DNA of 64,000 bases from a virus (taxonomy: Duplodnaviria > Caudoviricetes): positions 1-64,000 of the IMG/VR virus record IMGVR_UViG_3300044611_001070. One strand, given 5' to 3'. The translations under genes and the position numbers were made by a program. The notes beneath the pieces were generated by a model. It saw nothing but the letters and a program-made list of their open reading frames with translations. It had not been told where the DNA came from and ran no database searches. This document shows, one piece after another, positions 59,446 to 64,000 of the stretch. Positions within the stretch are counted from its first letter, which is position 1; each line of letters starts with the position of its first letter.

Positions 59446-59657
59446 CACATAAAGAATTTTATATTTGGTTAGAAGGTTACTTGTATGGTAAACTTGAAAA
59501 TAAACACATAGAAATTACGCCTATTGTAGAAAAAATGGGTCAAGTAAAAGATAATGAATTTAAAAGTAATATGTTACCTTTTCAAAATATACCTATTCCT
59601 GTAAATCCATTCCCAATAGAAGATGATTTGGGATATCCACCAAAAATAGTAATGTAA
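59442..59657 (+). CDS. hypothetical protein
   Basis: 71 aa with an MT..EF..WL.GY N-terminus common in small phage proteins. Confidence 0.6.
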   Translation: MTHKEFYIWLEGYLYGKLENKHIEITPIVEKMGQVKDNEFKSNMLPFQNIPIPVNPFPIEDDLGYPPKIVM

Positions 59658-59659
59658 TT

Positions 59660-59992
59660 ATGATTGAAGATATTAAAGTTATACACCTTAAGAGTAACGC
59701 ACAACAACTTGAAACATGGATTGCCATGTTAAATGGTGAAATTATAGGTCACATATATATGGAACGAGAAGAGAGTAATAAAATAAAATTCTTAGATGCT
59801 TGGGTACATGAGGAACATAGACTAAAAGGTGTTTTTAGAATGTTGTGGGATACTAGGTGGGAATATGTTAAAACTCGTTATAGTGGATATACAGTATATG
59901 CTTGGTGTAAACCAAGTTCATTACCATTATTAATTGAAAAAGGATTCACTGAAGGTGAGACATCAACTTATGTTGAAAAAACAATAACATAA
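59660..59992 (+). CDS. GNAT-family acetyltransferase
   Basis: GEIIG.I, AWVHEEHRLKGVF (acetyl-CoA motif A variant), LL.EKGF. Confidence 0.75.
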   Translation: MIEDIKVIHLKSNAQQLETWIAMLNGEIIGHIYMEREESNKIKFLDAWVHEEHRLKGVFRMLWDTRWEYVKTRYSGYTVYAWCKPSSLPLLIEKGFTEGETSTYVEKTIT

Positions 59993-60005
59993 ATAAATTA
60001 AAACT

Positions 60006-60341
60006 ATGAAAAACTTATTAACCATCATTATTAGTACATCAATTCTTATTGGTATATTTGCATCCATTATTAATAATAGAGCGAATACCAAATTCAGTGG
60101 AGTAATAAAAGATAAAGAAAGAATAATTGACAGTCTTAAAAAAAATCCTCATATAGACACTCTATGGTTATCATTACCTGAAGACTCCATCAAGGTTCAA
60201 ATAGAAAAACAATTAAAAAAAATTCAATCTCAAAGGGATAGAAATCGGGCGTTGAAAGAATATATTATTTTATTAGAAAATGAAAACCAATTTTTAGGTA
60301 GTGTTCTTGCAGAAAAAGAATTAAAAGACGGTATCAAATAA
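60006..60341 (+). CDS. N-terminally membrane-anchored coiled-coil protein
   Basis: Hydrophobic LLTIIISTSILIGIFASII followed by a charged helical region. Confidence 0.55.
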   Translation: MKNLLTIIISTSILIGIFASIINNRANTKFSGVIKDKERIIDSLKKNPHIDTLWLSLPEDSIKVQIEKQLKKIQSQRDRNRALKEYIILLENENQFLGSVLAEKELKDGIK

Positions 60342-60367
60342 TAAATAAATTACTAAAAACATAAAAA

Positions 60368-60583
60368 ATGAAAAGATATCCCGCATTATTCATTAAATGG
60401 TTGGCTAACCGTTTTGGATACAAAATAGGAATGATTAAAATTGATGGTAATAAGAAACGTGGTAAAAGAGAAACTTTCGTACCTCACACAAGAATTGAGG
60501 GTGATTTAGAGATATTGAGATATTTGGATATCTCAGGATACCTCTTTAAAAAAGAACCATTTAATAGAAGTAAAAATGATTGA
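60368..60583 (+). CDS. basic hypothetical protein
   Basis: 71 aa with an A-rich leader. Confidence 0.5.
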   Translation: MKRYPALFIKWLANRFGYKIGMIKIDGNKKRGKRETFVPHTRIEGDLEILRYLDISGYLFKKEPFNRSKND

Positions 60584-60677
60584 TATGTTATATAGATTAA
60601 GATACAAATTATTAAAATATGTGTTGTATAATCAACGTAAGATTAATAAAACAACAAAGATTACCCTAAACGATTAA
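60576..60677 (+). CDS. possible 33-aa basic peptide (not in the ORF track)
   Basis: MIDMLYRLRYKLLKYVLYNQRKINKTTKITLND. Fills the gap before cysK. Confidence 0.35.
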   Translation: MIDMLYRLRYKLLKYVLYNQRKINKTTKITLND

Positions 60678-60689
60678 ACTTAATTTAAA

Positions 60690-61571
60690 TTGGAAAATTA
60701 TTTAGAGGTGGGACAAACACCACTTATCCCTATTGATATTGATGGAGTTATTATTTGGGGTAAGGCAGAATTTATGAACCCATCAGGATCTGTTAAAGAC
60801 AGACCAATCAAAAACATTTTAACACGAGCGGTAGAGAATGGTTTATTATCCAAAGGAGGTACCGTTGTTGAAGCAACTAGTGGAAACGCAGGTATTTCAT
60901 TTGCTATGTATTGTGCCGAAATGGGGTTTAAATGTGTTATTGTAATGCCATCTAACATGAGTGAAGAACGTAAAAAAATGTTACGTCTATATGGTGCGGA
61001 ACTTATTGAAGTTGGACCTGGTGATTTTGATTCTGCAATTAAATTAAGAGATGAGTTGGCAGAAAAAAATGGATGGTTTAATGGAAATCAATTTGCATCG
61101 CCTTGGAATATAGAGGCTCATAAAGAAGGGACAGGTGTTGAACTAATGTATCAGGCAATTAGTAATAAAATTAGACCATCTGCATTTGTATTAGGAACTG
61201 GTACTGGTGGAACACTAATGGGAGCGGGAGAAACACTTAAAAATTTTTATTATGATATGGAAATTGTTGCGGTTGAACCTTCAGAGTCACCAGTAATGAG
61301 TGGAGGAGAATCAGGATTACATGGGATTCAGGGGATCGGAGACGGTTCTAAGTTTATGGTTGATTTAGATTTTGTTGACCACATTATTACAATATCAACA
61401 GAAGAGGCGACTCAAATGAGTCGTAGATTATCTAAAGATTATGGAATTTTTGTTGGAATTTCTGCGGGAGCAAATGTTTTGGCTTCAGTTAAATACGGAC
61501 AAAAGTTTGATAAGACAAACATTTTCACTATACTTTGTGATAGAGGAGACCGATACCTTTCAATATTATGA
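60690..61571 (+). CDS. cysK: cysteine synthase (O-acetylserine sulfhydrylase, CysK/CysM family)
   Basis: G.TPL, K.E..NPSGSVKDR (PLP lysine), EATSGNAG, GTGTGGT, HGIQGIG, GIS.GA, D.GDRYLS. Confidence 0.9.
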   Translation: MENYLEVGQTPLIPIDIDGVIIWGKAEFMNPSGSVKDRPIKNILTRAVENGLLSKGGTVVEATSGNAGISFAMYCAEMGFKCVIVMPSNMSEERKKMLRLYGAELIEVGPGDFDSAIKLRDELAEKNGWFNGNQFASPWNIEAHKEGTGVELMYQAISNKIRPSAFVLGTGTGGTLMGAGETLKNFYYDMEIVAVEPSESPVMSGGESGLHGIQGIGDGSKFMVDLDFVDHIITISTEEATQMSRRLSKDYGIFVGISAGANVLASVKYGQKFDKTNIFTILCDRGDRYLSIL

Positions 61572-62347
61572 TTAAAACTTTAATACACTTTTCTGATTTA
61601 CACATCCGTCTATTTAAAGACCACGATTTATACCGTTCAATATTGGAAACGGCAATTGAACAATGGAAAGAATTGTCTCCTGACCGTATTATATTTACGG
61701 GAGATTTAGTTCACTCTAAAAATCAAATGACACCTGAACTTATTGAATTCGTTGCTTGGATTTTAACTGAATGTTCATTAATTGCTAAAACAATTATTAT
61801 ACCAGGTAACCACGACTTTTTGGTAAACAACACCGAAAGAATGGATGCTCTTACTCCTATCATTAACTCTTTGAATAATGATAATATTGTATACTACAGA
61901 GATAGAGGTGTGTATGAGGATGATAACATTAGTTGGTGTGTTTATTCGCAGTATCAAGGAAATATTCCTCCTGATATTATTGAAGGTAAGGGTAGAAAAA
62001 TTGGGTTATTTCACGGACCTATTTCAGGTTTAAAAACAGATCTTGGATTTGAGTTTGGTGAAGAGGCGTATGATATTGAAAAGTTTGATGGGTTGGAAAC
62101 CGTTTTATGTGGTGACATTCACAAACGAGCTGAGTTCCAAATTAAAGGGGGTAAAGGTTATATGATTGGATCAACCATTCAAAACAACATTGGTGAAAGT
62201 ATAGGTAGACATGGATATGGTATATATGATGTTGAGACAAAGGAGTATAATTATACTGATTTACCTAATCCAAAACCATTTTTGAAGTTCTCCATTAAAT
62301 CATTTGAAGATATTGAGAATGGAACAGAAAGACTCCAAAATATTTAA
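61568..62347 (+). CDS. SbcD/Mre11 (gp47-like) metallophosphoesterase nuclease subunit
   Basis: SDLH, GDL, GNHD, FHG, GDIH motifs. Confidence 0.85.
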   Translation: MIKTLIHFSDLHIRLFKDHDLYRSILETAIEQWKELSPDRIIFTGDLVHSKNQMTPELIEFVAWILTECSLIAKTIIIPGNHDFLVNNTERMDALTPIINSLNNDNIVYYRDRGVYEDDNISWCVYSQYQGNIPPDIIEGKGRKIGLFHGPISGLKTDLGFEFGEEAYDIEKFDGLETVLCGDIHKRAEFQIKGGKGYMIGSTIQNNIGESIGRHGYGIYDVETKEYNYTDLPNPKPFLKFSIKSFEDIENGTERLQNI

Positions 62348-63017
62348 TAAAGAAACTCTCGGCAGCGTCGAGAGTTTTTGTAAACTCAATAATATTGAGG
62401 ATAAGGAAGATTTCATCTACCTTTGTTTTAAACAAGGTTTTGACATTAAGAAGTTTGGTCTTTTGGGAGAAACACTTAATGAAAGTGAAAAACACTTAAA
62501 AACGGGTGGGATTGAAGAAAAACGGGTGGAAATTGAGGTAATCCGAGAAATACGGGTGGAAATACCGGTTGAAGTTATCAAAGAGGTTGAGAAAATAGTT
62601 GAGGTCATTAAAGAAGTGACTGTAGAAAAAGTGGTAATTAAAGAGGTTCCTGTGGATAGAGTGGTTGAGAAAATAATCTATACCACTGACAATATTCAAA
62701 TAAACGAACTTGGCGGAAAAATTGCCAAGTTGGAACAAGAACTTTCCACTAAAACCTCAGAAATGGAAAATATTTTCCAAAATAAAATGTCTAAAAAGGA
62801 TGAAGAGTTAGACGAACTTAGACGAAAATTAGACGACCCTGTAACAAATAATAAGTTAAATATGTTACAAAATACTTTACAGAATTTAAGAAATGACTTA
62901 TCATTGAAGAACGATAAAATAAATGAATTAGAAAAAATAAACCAGGAACTACAAAAAACGGCAAATTTACAAAACGCCACTTATATGAAAGGTTCCAATT
63001 TAAATAGTAGAATATGA
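62319..63017 (+). CDS. hypothetical protein with EVIKEV/VEKIV repeats and a coiled coil (ATG start at 62319 preferred)
   Basis: Low-complexity E/V/K/I repeats followed by a heptad region. Confidence 0.55.
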   Translation: MEQKDSKIFNKETLGSVESFCKLNNIEDKEDFIYLCFKQGFDIKKFGLLGETLNESEKHLKTGGIEEKRVEIEVIREIRVEIPVEVIKEVEKIVEVIKEVTVEKVVIKEVPVDRVVEKIIYTTDNIQINELGGKIAKLEQELSTKTSEMENIFQNKMSKKDEELDELRRKLDDPVTNNKLNMLQNTLQNLRNDLSLKNDKINELEKINQELQKTANLQNATYMKGSNLNSRI

Positions 63018-63367
63018 TACAATTAGTAATGTTTATGATCGCGGCATATGGAATGACGACGATCTTAGTGTATGGATCCATTTTCAATGGATTAAGAGAT
63101 AAAATTAAAATTGCAGGTGGAGATAAAGGTTATTTTTTAACTAGACCTACATTTAAATTTATATCAGATTTGATATCTTGTATATTATGTACGGGTACTT
63201 GGGTTGGATTTGTCTTATCCTTATTTTATTTTTCACCGGCTCATGAATTTATTGGACTTAATAAGTTTTTATCCGTATTTTTTGATGGAATGTTGTCCGC
63301 AGGATCGGTATGGGCAATCAATAGTATAATTGAATGGTTTGAAGAAAATAGACCAAGTAATAAATAA
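63014..63367 (+). CDS. membrane protein with a CxxC motif (DUF1360-like)
   Basis: About three hydrophobic segments, IF..LR and L.SC.LC.G.WVG motifs. Confidence 0.6.
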   Translation: MIQLVMFMIAAYGMTTILVYGSIFNGLRDKIKIAGGDKGYFLTRPTFKFISDLISCILCTGTWVGFVLSLFYFSPAHEFIGLNKFLSVFFDGMLSAGSVWAINSIIEWFEENRPSNK

Positions 63368-63382
63368 AAACAAATATAAAAA

Positions 63383-63721
63383 ATGGGAAAAGCGGCAAAA
63401 ACACACAGAGCAAAAGTGGCAAAAAGAAACAACAAATTGGATCAAAAAAAATCAGGAATGCAAAAAGCGTTTGATAAGTTAATGGAAGAACAAATTCAAA
63501 AATTAAAAACCAACGAAGGTTTAAATGTAGGTTTATCTGGTAGTACACTACCATTTGAAGTATTTGATAAAGATCATTTAGATTCAATTGTGGATTTCAA
63601 AGGAAGACATCCCGAATTAATCATGGGTAATGACGAGGTATTAAGAGAAGAATTCCCACTTAACATTGAAGGAGATGATATGCCTTTAGATGTTGACACA
63701 ACAGAAGAAGAACAAAAATAA
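63383..63721 (+). CDS. hypothetical protein (basic N-terminus, acidic C-terminus)
   Basis: 112 aa with an A-rich leader. Confidence 0.55.
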   Translation: MGKAAKTHRAKVAKRNNKLDQKKSGMQKAFDKLMEEQIQKLKTNEGLNVGLSGSTLPFEVFDKDHLDSIVDFKGRHPELIMGNDEVLREEFPLNIEGDDMPLDVDTTEEEQK

Positions 63722-63724
63722 TGA

Positions 63725-64000
63725 ATGGACTTGTTCAACCCACCAAGATTATTTAATTACAACATAATGATAAAAGATTTAGACTTTTCAAAGTACGAAA
63801 ATCCAACAATACAAGTTGTATGGGAAGACCTACAAGAAAATTTTACACAAGATAAGATTAAGAGTGTTAAACATTATTTCCAAAAGAAGTATAACACTAC
63901 CAATGTGAATGTGTTAACAAAGGTTAAGAACGTTGAGTCAGATACAATGCAAAGTATTGATGTGTCTGTTAATGTAACTGATGTTAATTATCAACTTGAT
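63725..64000 (+). CDS. 5' part of a gene running off the window, possibly the SbcC/gp46-like partner
   Basis: Open frame MDLFNPPRLF...YENPTIQVVWEDLQENFTQDKIKSVKHYF... to the window end. Function inferred only from proximity to SbcD, as no Walker A is visible. Confidence 0.4.
   Translation, partial: MDLFNPPRLFNYNIMIKDLDFSKYENPTIQVVWEDLQENFTQDKIKSVKHYFQKKYNTTNVNVLTKVKNVESDTMQSIDVSVNVTDVNYQLD

Noticed and set aside
60006-60341. Spanin or holin lysis gene
   Set aside because: A single TM plus coiled coil is compatible, but no lipoprotein partner or endolysin lies nearby.
5398-63587. Many short antisense or nested ORFs in the track (e.g. 5535-5852, 12829-13131, 22653-22979, 23918-24235, 62417-63087)
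   Set aside because: They lie wholly or largely within well-supported genes, have no motifs, and show composition typical of antisense translation.
1-64000. Stop-codon reassignment as seen in some large phages
   Set aside because: Genes up to 2375 aa are uninterrupted under the standard code, and TAA, TGA and TAG all appear as plausible stops.
1-64000. tRNA or structured ncRNA genes
   Set aside because: Intergenic gaps are short and AT-rich. Only terminator hairpins were seen and no cloverleaf was recognised by eye. tRNAscan/Infernal were not run.

Overview
This AT-rich, densely coded, mostly + strand window is a fragment of a large contractile-tailed (T4-like/jumbo myovirus-type) phage genome. 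It runs through these blocks: (1) neck, tail and baseplate-hub genes (sheath, tube, chaperone, tape measure, hub; 1-23.4 kb); (2) replication and recombination genes (gp32-like SSB, UvsX/RecA, 5'-3' exonuclease, helicase, class II NrdJ; 23.5-30.7 kb); (3) baseplate wedge and fibre/adhesin genes (30.7-57.1 kb), with RuvC inserted; (4) primase, a PD-(D/E)XK nuclease, small accessory genes, cysteine synthase and SbcD/SbcC-like genes (57.2-64 kb). SprB-like repeats and A-rich, mostly Shine-Dalgarno-free leaders suggest a Bacteroidota host (inference). The best candidate for an undescribed system is a glycosyltransferase (49612-50586) with the motif order of plant peptide O-glycosyltransferases (SGT1/HPAT), embedded among Cys-rich predicted virion proteins with long mucin-like Thr/Pro tracts. 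This points to a phage-encoded virion O-glycosylation system. Other signals: an unlisted ribbon-helix-helix gene divergent from the sheath gene, a strand-specific TATTTAT promoter motif, near-leaderless transcripts, a candidate +1 frameshift in the tail chaperone, an OmpA-like domain inside a baseplate protein, and a multi-pass hydrophobic segment in a giant baseplate-region protein. All family calls come from motif recognition by eye, not from database searches.
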